Origin: an uncultured Bacilli bacterium | Lineage (GTDB): Bacteria; Bacillota_I; Bacilli_A; RF39; UBA660 | Direction: 5' to 3' | DNA: 39,727 nucleotides | Assembly (NCBI GenBank): GCA_947632355.1 | Contig: CANROY010000004.1 | Location: forward strand, 1 to 39,727 | In this document: positions 25,580 to 35,704 of the stretch, piece after piece | How positions within the stretch are numbered: position 1 is the stretch's first letter | Layout of the letters: each line of letters opens with the position of its first letter | Made by a program: the position numbers and the translations under genes | Notes under the pieces: model-generated | The model's database searches: none | What the model was told of the DNA's origin: nothing | The model's input: the letters and a program-made list of their open reading frames with translations, nothing else

Positions 25580-27110
25580 AATAAAAGAAAAATTAACCCT
25601 ACATCCTATTATGAGCCTTTTAATGATGATAGGAATTACGATTGTTCTAAGTGGCATTATGTCTATTTTAGGTATTCAAGCTACTTCTAGAAGAATTAGT
25701 ACAACTTCTTTAGAATATAATACGTATATTGCAGAAGTAACTTCTTTGTTTAGTTTTAGTGGGCTAAAATATATTTTCACAAGTACCATTTCGAACTTTA
25801 TGTCCTTTGCTCCATTAAGTAGTTTTATTATTATTCTAATCGGAATTGGAATTATGCAAAAAAGTGGATTTTTAAAAGTAGCGTTTACCTTACTTACTAA
25901 GAACGCAAAAAAAGTAAATGTTACCTTTGTTCTTGTTTTAATATGCATTCTACTTGGTATGATAGGTGATTTATCCTTTATCATTATGCTTCCTTTAAGT
26001 GCTATTCTATTTGAAACCGGAAAACGAAATCCAACGTTGGGAATTATTACCTCGTTTGCAGGACTTACTTGTGGATATGGAATTAATATTATTTTTACGA
26101 GTATTGATTCTTCTTTAGTATCCCTAACAACTCTTGCTTCCCACGTTTTAGATGTAAACTATGTGATTGAAACAACAAGTTTCTTGCTTATCATGCTTGT
26201 TGCGGTTTTACTACTTGCTTTCTTAATCACTCGTATTACGGAGAAATATTTGGTTTATAAATTAGATAAGTATGAATTTACAGAAGAAGAACTAGAAGAA
26301 GAAGTTACGCTAGACAAAAAACAAAAAAAAGGACTTGCTCTTGCGTTTCTAGCCTTCTGTGTTTACTTCTTAATCTTCTTATACAATATCATACCGGGAC
26401 TTCCTTTTTCAGGAAAATTCTTGGATAATAGTCAAGTGTTCTATATTGATAAATTATTTAGTTATAATTCTTTCTTTAGTAGTGGATTTGTCTTTATTAT
26501 CACCTTTGGTATGATTATCATTGGCTTCTTCTACGGAATAGGGGCTAGAACTATAAAGAACCATCACGAACTTTGCGATGATTTAGGGCATTCTCTAGAT
26601 GGTATTGGAAGAATATTAGTTTTAATTCTATTTGCTTCTATTTTAATCAATGTCTTTAAGTATACCAATATTGGTACCGTGATTGTGACATTCTTATCTA
26701 CGTTAGTTAATAACACTACTTTTACGGCCATCCCGCTTATTATTTTACTGTTCATCATAAGTGCTGTTTCAACTATTTTTGTCCCTTCTTCGGTACAACG
26801 TTGGAGTATTCTTTCAGGGGTAGTTGTTCCTGTTTTTATGAACGCTGGATTATCTCCTGAATTTACCCAAGTCATCTTCCGTTTTGGAGAATGTACAACA
26901 TTAGGAATTACGCCTTTATTTGCTTACTTTGTTATTTACTTAGCCTTACTTGAAAAATACAATCAAAAAAAACAACCGGTGAATTTCTTAAAAGCCGTCA
27001 AGTATCAAGTCCCTTATATTGCCATGACTTTTGCTCTTTTATTGACAATTTTAATTGTGTGGTATATAGTAGGACTTCCAATCGGTATAGGGGTATTCCC
27101 AACATTATAA
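25566..27110 (+). CDS. AbgT-family (aminobenzoyl-glutamate transporter-like) membrane transporter
   Basis: About 515 aa polytopic protein whose N-terminal layout matches the AbgT/YdaH family as I remember it. ATG 25566 follows SD aggtga. Confidence 0.6.
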   Translation: MNVNKIKEKLTLHPIMSLLMMIGITIVLSGIMSILGIQATSRRISTTSLEYNTYIAEVTSLFSFSGLKYIFTSTISNFMSFAPLSSFIIILIGIGIMQKSGFLKVAFTLLTKNAKKVNVTFVLVLICILLGMIGDLSFIIMLPLSAILFETGKRNPTLGIITSFAGLTCGYGINIIFTSIDSSLVSLTTLASHVLDVNYVIETTSFLLIMLVAVLLLAFLITRITEKYLVYKLDKYEFTEEELEEEVTLDKKQKKGLALAFLAFCVYFLIFLYNIIPGLPFSGKFLDNSQVFYIDKLFSYNSFFSSGFVFIITFGMIIIGFFYGIGARTIKNHHELCDDLGHSLDGIGRILVLILFASILINVFKYTNIGTVIVTFLSTLVNNTTFTAIPLIILLFIISAVSTIFVPSSVQRWSILSGVVVPVFMNAGLSPEFTQVIFRFGECTTLGITPLFAYFVIYLALLEKYNQKKQPVNFLKAVKYQVPYIAMTFALLLTILIVWYIVGLPIGIGVFPTL

Positions 27111-27130
27111 AAAACAAGAGGTGAATTGAT

Positions 27131-28231
27131 ATGTCATTAAAAGCCGGAATTGTAGGATTACCAAACGTAGGTAAATCTACCTTATTTAATGCAATTACAA
27201 AGAAAAATATTTTAGCAGCCAATTATCCATTTGCAACGATTGACCCAAACATTGGTGTTGTAACCGTACCGGATAAGAGACTCGAATTTTTAGAAAATTT
27301 ATATATTCCAAATAATTTAGTTCCAACTACTTTCGAATTTACGGATATAGCAGGACTTGTAAAAGGTGCAAGTAAAGGAGAAGGTTTAGGAAATAAATTC
27401 TTATCTCATATTAGAGAAGTTGATGCAATCGTTGAAGTTGTTCGTTGTTTTAAAGATGAAAACATTATTCACGTAGAAGGTGGAGTGGACCCTATTCGTG
27501 ATATCGAAATCATTAATTTAGAACTTATTCTTGCTGATTTAGAAATCATTGAAAATCGTATTGAAAAGATAGCCAAGAAAGCTGAAACAACAAAAGATAA
27601 AGAAGCATTAAAAGAAGTAGAAGTTTTAACAAAATCAAAAGATGCGCTACTTAAAAATGTTCCTTTGCGTTTAATTTCCTTTGATGAAGAAGAATTACTC
27701 ATTTTAAAACCTTTTAACTTTATTACTTTAAAACCTTTAATCTATGTTGCGAATGTATTAGAAGATGATATTGTTTTAGGAGAAAATGAATTTACGAAAC
27801 AAGTTTGTGATTATGCAGAAAAAGAGAACGCTAGTGTGATTGTCATGTGTGCCAAAATTGAATCCGAACTAGCCGAACTAGAAGAAAGCGACAAAATGGC
27901 TTTCTTAAAAGATTTAGGGATTAATGCAAGTGGTCTTGATCGACTTATATTTGCTACCTATGATTTACTTGGTTTAGAAACGTTCTTTACCGTTGGAAAA
28001 GATGAAGTACGTGCTTGGACTTTTAAAAAAGGTACAAATGCCAAGAAATGTGCTGGACTTATCCATAGCGATATTGAAAGAGGTTTCATCAAAGCTGAAA
28101 TTATGAAATTTGATGATTTAGAAAATTTAAAAGATGAAAAGAAAGTACAAGAAGCAGGAAAATTATACTTAGAAGGTAAAGACTATATTATGCAAGATGG
28201 GGATATTGTGTACTTTCGATTTAATGTTTAG
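27131..28231 (+). CDS. ychF: Ribosome-binding ATPase YchF
   Basis: GIVGLPNVGKSTLFNA, the DIAGLVKGAS G-motifs and a C-terminal TGS-like domain. 366 aa. Confidence 0.95.
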   Translation: MSLKAGIVGLPNVGKSTLFNAITKKNILAANYPFATIDPNIGVVTVPDKRLEFLENLYIPNNLVPTTFEFTDIAGLVKGASKGEGLGNKFLSHIREVDAIVEVVRCFKDENIIHVEGGVDPIRDIEIINLELILADLEIIENRIEKIAKKAETTKDKEALKEVEVLTKSKDALLKNVPLRLISFDEEELLILKPFNFITLKPLIYVANVLEDDIVLGENEFTKQVCDYAEKENASVIVMCAKIESELAELEESDKMAFLKDLGINASGLDRLIFATYDLLGLETFFTVGKDEVRAWTFKKGTNAKKCAGLIHSDIERGFIKAEIMKFDDLENLKDEKKVQEAGKLYLEGKDYIMQDGDIVYFRFNV

Positions 28232-28282
28232 AAAAGACATAAAATATGCTATACTAAATATAGTTAGAAAAGGAGGGCATTT

Positions 28283-28933
28283 ATGTCAAATAAATTAATG
28301 AGTAAAACATTTTTGTGGATGTTTATCGGTTTACTAGTAACCTTTTTAACAGGGTTTATCGTTGCCCATAACGAAACCATGCTAGTCAATATTTTTTCCG
28401 GACCTATGTATTTAATTTTTTGTATAGTAGAATTAGTATTGGTAATTGTCTTATCCGCTAGAGTTAGAAAAATGAATAAAAACGTTGCACGTATTTTCTT
28501 TCTACTTTATAGTTTTGTTTCAGGTTTAACATTCTCATCTATCTTTGTTGTGTATGAAATGACATCTATCTTATATATTTTTCTACTTGCTTCTATCATA
28601 TTCTTAGTTTTTGGTCTAATCGGTTATTTTACAAAACTTGATTTAACCAAACTTGGAACATTCTTACTAATGGCTTTATTTGCAGTTCTTATTTGTTTTA
28701 TCGTCAATATATTTTTGAACAATTCTACTTTTGATTTAATTGTAACCAGTATTAGTTTATTAATCTTTATTGGGTTTACTGCTTATGACGTTCAAAAACT
28801 AAAAAGATTATCAGAGATGGAAATCGATATACCTGAAGATAATTTAAGTATTATTAATGCACTTAATATTTATTTAGACTATATTAATATTTTCTTACAT
28901 TTATTAAGTTTATTTGGAAATTCAAGAGATTAG
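28283..28933 (+). CDS. Bax inhibitor-1/YccA family membrane protein
   Basis: 7-TM, 216 aa, with the typical N-terminal FLWMFIGLLVT region and a C-terminal FLHLLSLFG motif. Confidence 0.8.
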   Translation: MSNKLMSKTFLWMFIGLLVTFLTGFIVAHNETMLVNIFSGPMYLIFCIVELVLVIVLSARVRKMNKNVARIFFLLYSFVSGLTFSSIFVVYEMTSILYIFLLASIIFLVFGLIGYFTKLDLTKLGTFLLMALFAVLICFIVNIFLNNSTFDLIVTSISLLIFIGFTAYDVQKLKRLSEMEIDIPEDNLSIINALNIYLDYINIFLHLLSLFGNSRD

Positions 28934-29114
28934 GAAACTAATTTCTTTTTTTTGTAAGAAATAATCAGTTTTTTTAATCTTTATGAATATGATGAAATAG
29001 GTAAAAAAATAATTTACAACAGAGTATTTTTTTGCTATAATCTTTAACGAGTATGAATTTACTCCTTGCTTTAAAGAGATTTTAAAGCCAAATAGACCAT
29101 AAGGAGGTGTAGAA

Positions 29115-29405
29115 ATGAAAAAATATGAAGTAATGTTCATTGTAAAATCTACAAATGAAAGTGATGTAGTAAAAAGTACTGCAGAAGCAATGAAAGGCTA
29201 TGTTACTGAAAACAAAGGAAAAGTTGTAGAATTTAATGAATTAGGTGAAAAAACTTTAGCTTATCCTATCAAAAAGGAAGTAAATGGATACTATTACGTA
29301 ATGCAAATTGAAGCAGATAATAATGCTGTCAGTGAATTAAATCGTAAAGCATCTATTAATGAAAATATTTTAAGACATCTAATCATTCGATTAGACGAGG
29401 AGTAA
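29115..29405 (+). CDS. rpsF: 30S ribosomal protein S6
   Basis: MKKYEVMFIV start. Part of the rpsF-ssb-rpsR operon order. Extended -10 TGcTATAAT lies about 80 nt upstream. Confidence 0.95.
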   Translation: MKKYEVMFIVKSTNESDVVKSTAEAMKGYVTENKGKVVEFNELGEKTLAYPIKKEVNGYYYVMQIEADNNAVSELNRKASINENILRHLIIRLDEE

Positions 29406-29409
29406 GAGT

Positions 29410-29871
29410 ATGAATAAAGTAATTTTAATTGGAAGACTTGCAAGAGACCCAGAAATGCGTACTACAAATAGTGGTACAAGTGTAACTCGTTTTACACTTG
29501 CTGTAACACGCCCTTTCCAAGACCAAAATGGAGAACGTGGTGCAGATTTTATAAATTGTGTAGCATGGCGTAGACAAGCCGAAAATATTGCAAAATATTG
29601 TTCTAAAGGTAGCCAAGTGGCTATAGAAGGTAGAATTCAAACCGGCAGTTATGATGCACAAGATGGAACCAAAAGATATACGACAGATATTATTTGTGAT
29701 AACTGTACCTTCTTAGGTTCTAGAAATACAAATAATGATAATGGAAGTAGTTCTAGTTTTGAGCCAACGAATGATGCTCCACTAGATATGCCAACTTCTG
29801 ATATTTCAGAAGATCCATTTAAAGACTTTGGAGAAGAAATTGCTCTAAGTGATGATGACTTACCATTCTAA
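29410..29871 (+). CDS. ssb: Single-stranded DNA-binding protein
   Basis: MNKVILIGRLARDPEMR OB-fold and an acidic C-terminal tip DDDLPF. Confidence 0.96.
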   Translation: MNKVILIGRLARDPEMRTTNSGTSVTRFTLAVTRPFQDQNGERGADFINCVAWRRQAENIAKYCSKGSQVAIEGRIQTGSYDAQDGTKRYTTDIICDNCTFLGSRNTNNDNGSSSSFEPTNDAPLDMPTSDISEDPFKDFGEEIALSDDDLPF

Positions 29872-29888
29872 GAAAGGAGAAATGAATA

Positions 29889-30104
29889 ATGGCAGAATTT
29901 CGTAGAAAAAAGAAAAAAATATGTCAAATGTGTGCTGGAAAAAGCGTTGATTATAAAGATGTAATGATTATCAATAAATATATTAATGAAAAAGGTAAAA
30001 TTATGCCTAGACGTATGACTGGTGCATGTGCAAAACATCAAAGACATATTGCTGAACAAGTAAAATATGCTCGTTTTATGGCTTTAATTCCATTTGTAAA
30101 GTAA
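29889..30104 (+). CDS. rpsR: 30S ribosomal protein S18
   Basis: KKICQMC...IDYKDV...ITEKGKI-type S18 sequence. 71 aa. Confidence 0.95.
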   Translation: MAEFRRKKKKICQMCAGKSVDYKDVMIINKYINEKGKIMPRRMTGACAKHQRHIAEQVKYARFMALIPFVK

Positions 30105-30127
30105 ACATCTATTTAGATGTTTTTTTA
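30103..30127 (+). terminator. Rho-independent terminator of the rpsF operon
   Basis: Stem aaacatct/agatgttt, loop attt, then a T-run. Confidence 0.8.
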
Positions 30128-30167
30128 TTGCCCAAGTGTTATAATGAAAATAGAAAGAAGAGTGTAT

Positions 30168-30515
30168 ATGAAAATAGAAGAATTAAATGAACAAGAAAAA
30201 TATGCTATTGCTTGTTTTGAAAAAGTATTACAAAATCGTCATATCAATTCTCATTTTTTTAGTTTTGGTGTTTATGCAGACCAAAAAATATGTTTAGAAA
30301 AAAATAGTGAAGGCATTTATGTTACGTATCTTGCAGATGATGGTGTTCATAGATGTGAAGAATACTTTTTAACTATTGATGCAGTTCTAAAAGATTTTAT
30401 TGGAAAATGCGCTGAAACCGTAACGGAAACAGAAGAAATGTTTCAAGAATATCAAAACTACTATAAAATGAATGCAAATATTGAGGAAGAACAAAGCCAA
30501 AGATTTAGTAGATAA
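30168..30515 (+). CDS. Hypothetical protein (115 aa), monocistronic
   Basis: Extended -10 TGtTATAAT at 30137-30145 implies ATG 30168 is the start. Terminator aaacactc/gagtgttt plus T-run at 30524-30551. No motif recognised. Confidence 0.5.
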   Translation: MKIEELNEQEKYAIACFEKVLQNRHINSHFFSFGVYADQKICLEKNSEGIYVTYLADDGVHRCEEYFLTIDAVLKDFIGKCAETVTETEEMFQEYQNYYKMNANIEEEQSQRFSR

Positions 30516-30654
30516 GACTTTTTAAACACTCGAGAAATAGAGTGTTTTTTTGTGCTAAAATTCTTCGAAAAATTGTCTCAAAAATATAGATTTTCTTCTT
30601 CTCCTATGCTATAATTTTAATGGATAAAAAGAATAGAAAAAGGGATGTGTGAAA

Positions 30655-32268
30655 ATGAAAATACTAGTTGGATTATCTAAAGGTTTAAAACAAGAAAATA
30701 TTCCTTACCAAATGTTTATGGTAGATGTAGATTCTACTGAACCTTTAAAACAAGAATGGATGGAAGTAACCCCTCAAGCATTAAGTAGTTGTTCTAATGT
30801 TCGAGTTAATTTAGGAAAATATAAATCTATTACGCAAAATCCTGTAGAATATTTAGAGGCTGATTTTGATTTAACTCGTTTAATAGATGTTACGGCAAAT
30901 AATAATGATTTCCAAATTATTAATGTTTATCAAGATAGCAATGGAGAGCCGATTTTATATCGTAGTGTTAACGCGAGTGGAGAAGTAAAAATTCATCATA
31001 TAACGGAACTTCTTTACAACAAAATGTTTAGTATTTATGGAACAGATTTGAAAAATTTACCTGCTTATGTTAAAACGTCTAATGTAGAAGAAGCATACCA
31101 ATATTGGGATAGTTTAGATAAAGTAAAAGTAAATAGAAGAACAACTCGTTTTGTATATGAAAACTTTGATACAAATGAAGAAATGCCTATTCAACTTTTC
31201 TATCATTATTTAACAGGAGTTAAAGGATTTCAACTAGGTTATCATACCGTAAGTGATGTGGAAAACAAAGTTGGAGAAGTTGAAAAATTACACGAATATT
31301 TCTTATTTAAAGATACTGCAAATATTAAATTAAAAGAAAGCATTAAAGAAAATGAAGAAGTAGAAGAAGTTGCTATGTTTGGTAATAAAAATCCATATCC
31401 TGATACAAGAAAATTAGGTTACTATGGTGCTACAATGTCCTTAATTTGTAATCGTAAAAACTATCCAGCATTTGATGTCTATACAAGACCAACTTCAGAA
31501 GCCAACTATGATGCTGAAGGAATAGAAGTTACCATTGATTTAACGGATGGTAATATGGCTGTTTATAATAAATATGAAGAAGCAAACTGTATTTCACCAA
31601 CTTGGAGACTTGGAGATGCTCATAACTTTTTTGGTGTAACCCTTGCTAGTTTACTTTCAGAAAAATTAATTGGTTTAAGTAAAAAATTTCAAAATGAAAA
31701 AGAAAGAGTAGACTTTGGACACTGGGGTACACAAAATACAAACGATTGGTTCTTTGTAATGGAATTTGCTTTATCTACTCAATACTATACAAAAGAATTA
31801 AGAAATAGTTTAGGAGAAATTTTAAATGATTTCCAATATTTATTCTCTTTAAAACTATCTGAAATGATTGAACGTATTAGTGCAAAAGATGCATTAGAAA
31901 CAATGAAGTGGGCATCTGAACAAGTGGAAAGAGTAATTTCAACTGTTTCTTATATGAGTGCAGATGGTAATTTACAATCTTCTACGATTACGGTAGAACA
32001 AATGAAAAATTTATTTACATTCAAACGTAATAATTTAGATTTACCAGATTGGCTACAAATTTATTCACCTGCTACCATTGAAAAATTAGGTGGTGTTGAA
32101 TACTTACAACAATTTATTGCAACGAGAGGGGAAGAATCAGCAGAACTATTCTTATCTATGTGGGCTGAAAAAATTGAAACAGAACAAAAATATGTAGTAA
32201 AAGAATACAAACAAGCAATTGAACAAGAAGCTGTTGAAGAATTAGACACAAATGCTGAAGCAAAATAA
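30655..32268 (+). CDS. Hypothetical protein (537 aa), no recognisable domain
   Basis: Long uninterrupted ORF with its own extended -10 (TGcTATAAT, 30607-30615). No TM segment or signal peptide. Acidic C-terminus. Confidence 0.6.
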   Translation: MKILVGLSKGLKQENIPYQMFMVDVDSTEPLKQEWMEVTPQALSSCSNVRVNLGKYKSITQNPVEYLEADFDLTRLIDVTANNNDFQIINVYQDSNGEPILYRSVNASGEVKIHHITELLYNKMFSIYGTDLKNLPAYVKTSNVEEAYQYWDSLDKVKVNRRTTRFVYENFDTNEEMPIQLFYHYLTGVKGFQLGYHTVSDVENKVGEVEKLHEYFLFKDTANIKLKESIKENEEVEEVAMFGNKNPYPDTRKLGYYGATMSLICNRKNYPAFDVYTRPTSEANYDAEGIEVTIDLTDGNMAVYNKYEEANCISPTWRLGDAHNFFGVTLASLLSEKLIGLSKKFQNEKERVDFGHWGTQNTNDWFFVMEFALSTQYYTKELRNSLGEILNDFQYLFSLKLSEMIERISAKDALETMKWASEQVERVISTVSYMSADGNLQSSTITVEQMKNLFTFKRNNLDLPDWLQIYSPATIEKLGGVEYLQQFIATRGEESAELFLSMWAEKIETEQKYVVKEYKQAIEQEAVEELDTNAEAK

Positions 32269-32373
32269 AGGAGCTAAGAAAGTTCCTTTTTTTGTGTGTT
32301 CATTTTCCATAAGTTATAATGACAAACTATAGAAGAATATGATATAATAAAAAACGAATTGGAGGGTTTAAAA

Positions 32374-32817
32374 ATGAAAGTAATACTCTTACAAGATGTA
32401 AAAAAGCAAGGCAAAAAAGATGATATACTAGAAGTTAGTGATGGTTATGCCATTAACTTTTTAATTAAAAATAAACTAGCAGTTCCGTATTCTAAAAAAA
32501 GTAAGGAAGTTTTAGATAGTGAAATTAAAACAAGGCAAGAAAATGAGGAACAATTAATTCTAGAGTGTGAAGCCCTTAAAAAAGAAATTGAAAAGAAAAA
32601 AATAAGTTTTCTTTTAAAATCTGGTAAAGATGGAAAAACATTTGGTTCTATTTCAACCAAACAAATTAGTGATGAATTAAAACAAGTAGGAATTACTATT
32701 GATAAAAAACGTATTCATCTATTTGAACCATTGGATACCATTGGGTATCATAAAGTAGAAATTGAACTACATAAAAAAGTAAAATGTATGCTAAATATTG
32801 AAATTAAAGAAAAATAA
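32374..32817 (+). CDS. rplI: 50S ribosomal protein L9
   Basis: MKVILLQDVKKQGKKDDILEVSDGYAINFL. ATG 32374 follows SD ggaggg. Confidence 0.95.
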   Translation: MKVILLQDVKKQGKKDDILEVSDGYAINFLIKNKLAVPYSKKSKEVLDSEIKTRQENEEQLILECEALKKEIEKKKISFLLKSGKDGKTFGSISTKQISDELKQVGITIDKKRIHLFEPLDTIGYHKVEIELHKKVKCMLNIEIKEK

Positions 32818-32831
32818 AAGAAGGTGAAGAA

Positions 32832-34187
32832 ATGGCTGCAAAACAAATGCCTCAAAATACTGAAGCAGAAATGAGTGTTTTAGGTGTATGTTTTTTAAAC
32901 AAATATGCACTTGAAAAAGTAATGGATGAACTAGATACATCAATGTTTTATAACGAGGCGAATAAAAAAATATTTGAAGCCTTAACAGAACTTTATAAAA
33001 CGGCAACACCTGTTGATATAACAACAGTAAAAAATGAATTAGATAAACAAAAAAACTTAGGGGCCATTGGTGGTATTGAATATATTAGTGAAGTGATTGA
33101 TTCCGTTGCAACAACTGCCAACTTAGAATCCTATATCAAAATTGTTAAAGAAAAAGCAATACGTCGTAAATTAATTGATACCGCAACCAATATTATTACG
33201 GATACCTATGAAGAAGAAAGACCTCTTGAAAGTTTACTAGATAACTCAGAAAGAAAGATATTAGATGTAGCAAAAGCAAGAACGGTTTCTGAGTTAACAC
33301 CTATTCAAGATGCTTTACGAAATGCCCAAGAAAAATTAGAACTTCTTGCTAAATCTGGAAGCGAAATAACTGGTCTTCCCACTGGATTCTATGATTTGGA
33401 TCGTGCCACAACCGGAATGCATCCGGAAGAATTAATCATTATTGGTGCTCGTCCTGCTATGGGTAAAACAGCCTTCGCATTAAATATTGCGGTCAATGCT
33501 GCTATGAAAACCGATAAAGCAGTTGCTATTTTTAACCTTGAAATGTCTAGTGAAATGCTTGTAAATCGTATGATTAGTGCTGTAGGTAGTATTGAAGGAG
33601 ATAAATTAAAAACCGGTCGATTGGATAGTAAAGATTGGAAAAAATACAATGAAGCCTTGAGTCAACTTGCTGCGACCAATATTTACATTGAAGATGATGT
33701 ATCTGTAACCATGCCCGAAATTAAAGCCAAATGTCGTCGCCTTGCGAATGACGAAAAAGGCCTAGGTTTAGTTGTAATCGATTATTTGCAGTTATTAAAT
33801 ATGGGTGGAAAAAGTGAATCTCGTCAAATAGAAGTATCAGAAATTTCTCGTAGTCTTAAAAAAATGGCAGTAGAACTACAAGTTCCGGTTGTTGCTCTTG
33901 CCCAATTAACCCGTGGTGCGGAACAAAGAAAAGATACAACTCAACCAAGATTAGTAGATTTACGTGAATCAGGGTCTATTGAACAAGATGCCGATATTGT
34001 ATTATTTATCAATCGTCAAGATTACCACGAAGATAAAACCGATTTAAATAAACAAAAGATAGTTCCAACGGATATTATCATTGCAAAACATCGTCAAGGA
34101 AGTACCGGAGCTATTCAATTATTATTTGAATTAGATAAAGGATGCTTTAAAAACTATCAAAAAGTGGATATAGAAGAACCAGTTTAA
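32832..34187 (+). CDS. dnaB: Replicative DNA helicase (DnaB family; named DnaC in Bacillus)
   Basis: PQNTEAEMSVLG N-terminus, Walker A GARPAMGKT, and the DYLQL and RESGSIEQDAD motifs. Confidence 0.97.
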   Translation: MAAKQMPQNTEAEMSVLGVCFLNKYALEKVMDELDTSMFYNEANKKIFEALTELYKTATPVDITTVKNELDKQKNLGAIGGIEYISEVIDSVATTANLESYIKIVKEKAIRRKLIDTATNIITDTYEEERPLESLLDNSERKILDVAKARTVSELTPIQDALRNAQEKLELLAKSGSEITGLPTGFYDLDRATTGMHPEELIIIGARPAMGKTAFALNIAVNAAMKTDKAVAIFNLEMSSEMLVNRMISAVGSIEGDKLKTGRLDSKDWKKYNEALSQLAATNIYIEDDVSVTMPEIKAKCRRLANDEKGLGLVVIDYLQLLNMGGKSESRQIEVSEISRSLKKMAVELQVPVVALAQLTRGAEQRKDTTQPRLVDLRESGSIEQDADIVLFINRQDYHEDKTDLNKQKIVPTDIIIAKHRQGSTGAIQLLFELDKGCFKNYQKVDIEEPV

Positions 34188-34192
34188 AAAGG

Positions 34193-35704
34193 GTGATAGA
34201 ATTGAAAAAGAATGATATTGTAAAAACAATTTTAATGACTTGTATTATTGGAGTTTTATTTTTTATCGTTGGTTTAACAACCCGTGATTTTGATTATGCC
34301 AAAAAAGTATATCAAGTCTATTTAAATGGAACGAAACTTGGTCTTATTGAAAGTAAAGAGGAATTATATGCTTTAATCAATGATGAACAAAAAGAAATAA
34401 AAGAAGAATACAAAGTAGATAATGTCTATCCACCCAACGGATTTGTGATAAAAGAATACAATACGTATGATGAAAATATTACGACAGCTAAAAATATATA
34501 TGACACCATTAAAGATAAAGATGATTTTACTGTAGAAGGCTATACAATTAAAATTAAATCAAATGAAGAAGGAAAAGAAGATTTAACAATTTATGTTTTA
34601 GATGAACAAGTATTTAAAAATGCTCTACTTAGTTTAATTACTGCTTTTGTCGATAAAGACGATTTTAATAACTATATACATGATACCCAAGAACCTATAG
34701 AAGAAATTGGTCAAATTATAGAGGACATGTATTTTAGAGAAACGATTACGATTAAGCCAGCTCATATTAGTGTCAAAGAAAAAATCTATACCGACGAAGC
34801 AGAACTTTCACAATACTTACTATTTGGAAATAGTGATAAAAAAGATAAATATACTGTACAAAAAGGAGATACAATTGCATCCATTGCAGAAGCCAATAGT
34901 TTGAATCCACAAGAATTTTTAATTGCTAATCCTAAATTTCGTGGAGAAGATAGTATTTTAACCATTGGAGATAAAGTGGATATTACGTTAGTAAATCCAG
35001 TTCTTACTTTAGTAGAAGAGATACATTCTGTTTCGGATGAAGAACAAGCTTATGAAAAAGAAGAAAAATATGATACGACAAAACCTTATTCTTTTAATGA
35101 AGTTACACAAAATGGTATTACAGGAATAGAACGTATTACAAAAGATATAGAAGTCGTAAACGGAGAACAAAATCAAGGTGTTGGTAAGATGTCCAGTATT
35201 ACGATTCGAGAAGTACAAAATGAAATTGTTACCAAAGGTGGTTATAGACCAACAGGAACTTATGTAAATACTGGTGGAAGTTGGGGCTGGCCAACCCAAC
35301 GTCCTTATACAATTACTTCCTGGTTTGAATATCGTAAAGGATCATTCCATAATGCTTTGGATATTTCGATTTATCCAACAGGTTCTCCAATATATGCTTC
35401 TCGTGATGGTGTTGTTGTTGAAATGGAAAATACGTGTGCAGATATTGGCTATTATCGTAGTCAATGTGGAGGGACATATGGAAATCACGTTATAATAGAA
35501 CATAGTAATAATTTCTATACAATGTACGCCCATATGTTACAAAATGTTGAAGTAAATGTTGGAGATTCCGTAAAACGTGGTCAAATAATAGGATATATGG
35601 GAAGTAGTGGTTCATCAACAGGTACGCACTTACACTTTGGTGTTTCAAATGGTTATCCAAATAAAGGTGGCTCTTGGATAAATCCTATGAACCTATTTAG
35701 ATAA
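34193..35704 (+). CDS. Membrane-anchored LysM + G5-like + catalytic M23 peptidase
   Basis: N-terminal TM. LysM segment YTVQKGDTIASIAEANSL. Intact M23 ligands HNALDIS, YAHM and GTHLHFG. Confidence 0.85.
   Translation: MIELKKNDIVKTILMTCIIGVLFFIVGLTTRDFDYAKKVYQVYLNGTKLGLIESKEELYALINDEQKEIKEEYKVDNVYPPNGFVIKEYNTYDENITTAKNIYDTIKDKDDFTVEGYTIKIKSNEEGKEDLTIYVLDEQVFKNALLSLITAFVDKDDFNNYIHDTQEPIEEIGQIIEDMYFRETITIKPAHISVKEKIYTDEAELSQYLLFGNSDKKDKYTVQKGDTIASIAEANSLNPQEFLIANPKFRGEDSILTIGDKVDITLVNPVLTLVEEIHSVSDEEQAYEKEEKYDTTKPYSFNEVTQNGITGIERITKDIEVVNGEQNQGVGKMSSITIREVQNEIVTKGGYRPTGTYVNTGGSWGWPTQRPYTITSWFEYRKGSFHNALDISIYPTGSPIYASRDGVVVEMENTCADIGYYRSQCGGTYGNHVIIEHSNNFYTMYAHMLQNVEVNVGDSVKRGQIIGYMGSSGSSTGTHLHFGVSNGYPNKGGSWINPMNLFR

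Noticed and set aside
35009-35533. Three overlapping ORFs (35009..35299 -, 35274..35495 +, 35342..35533 -) inside the M23 peptidase gene
   Set aside because: They are in alternative frames of a gene whose main frame carries intact LysM and M23 motifs. No independent start signals.
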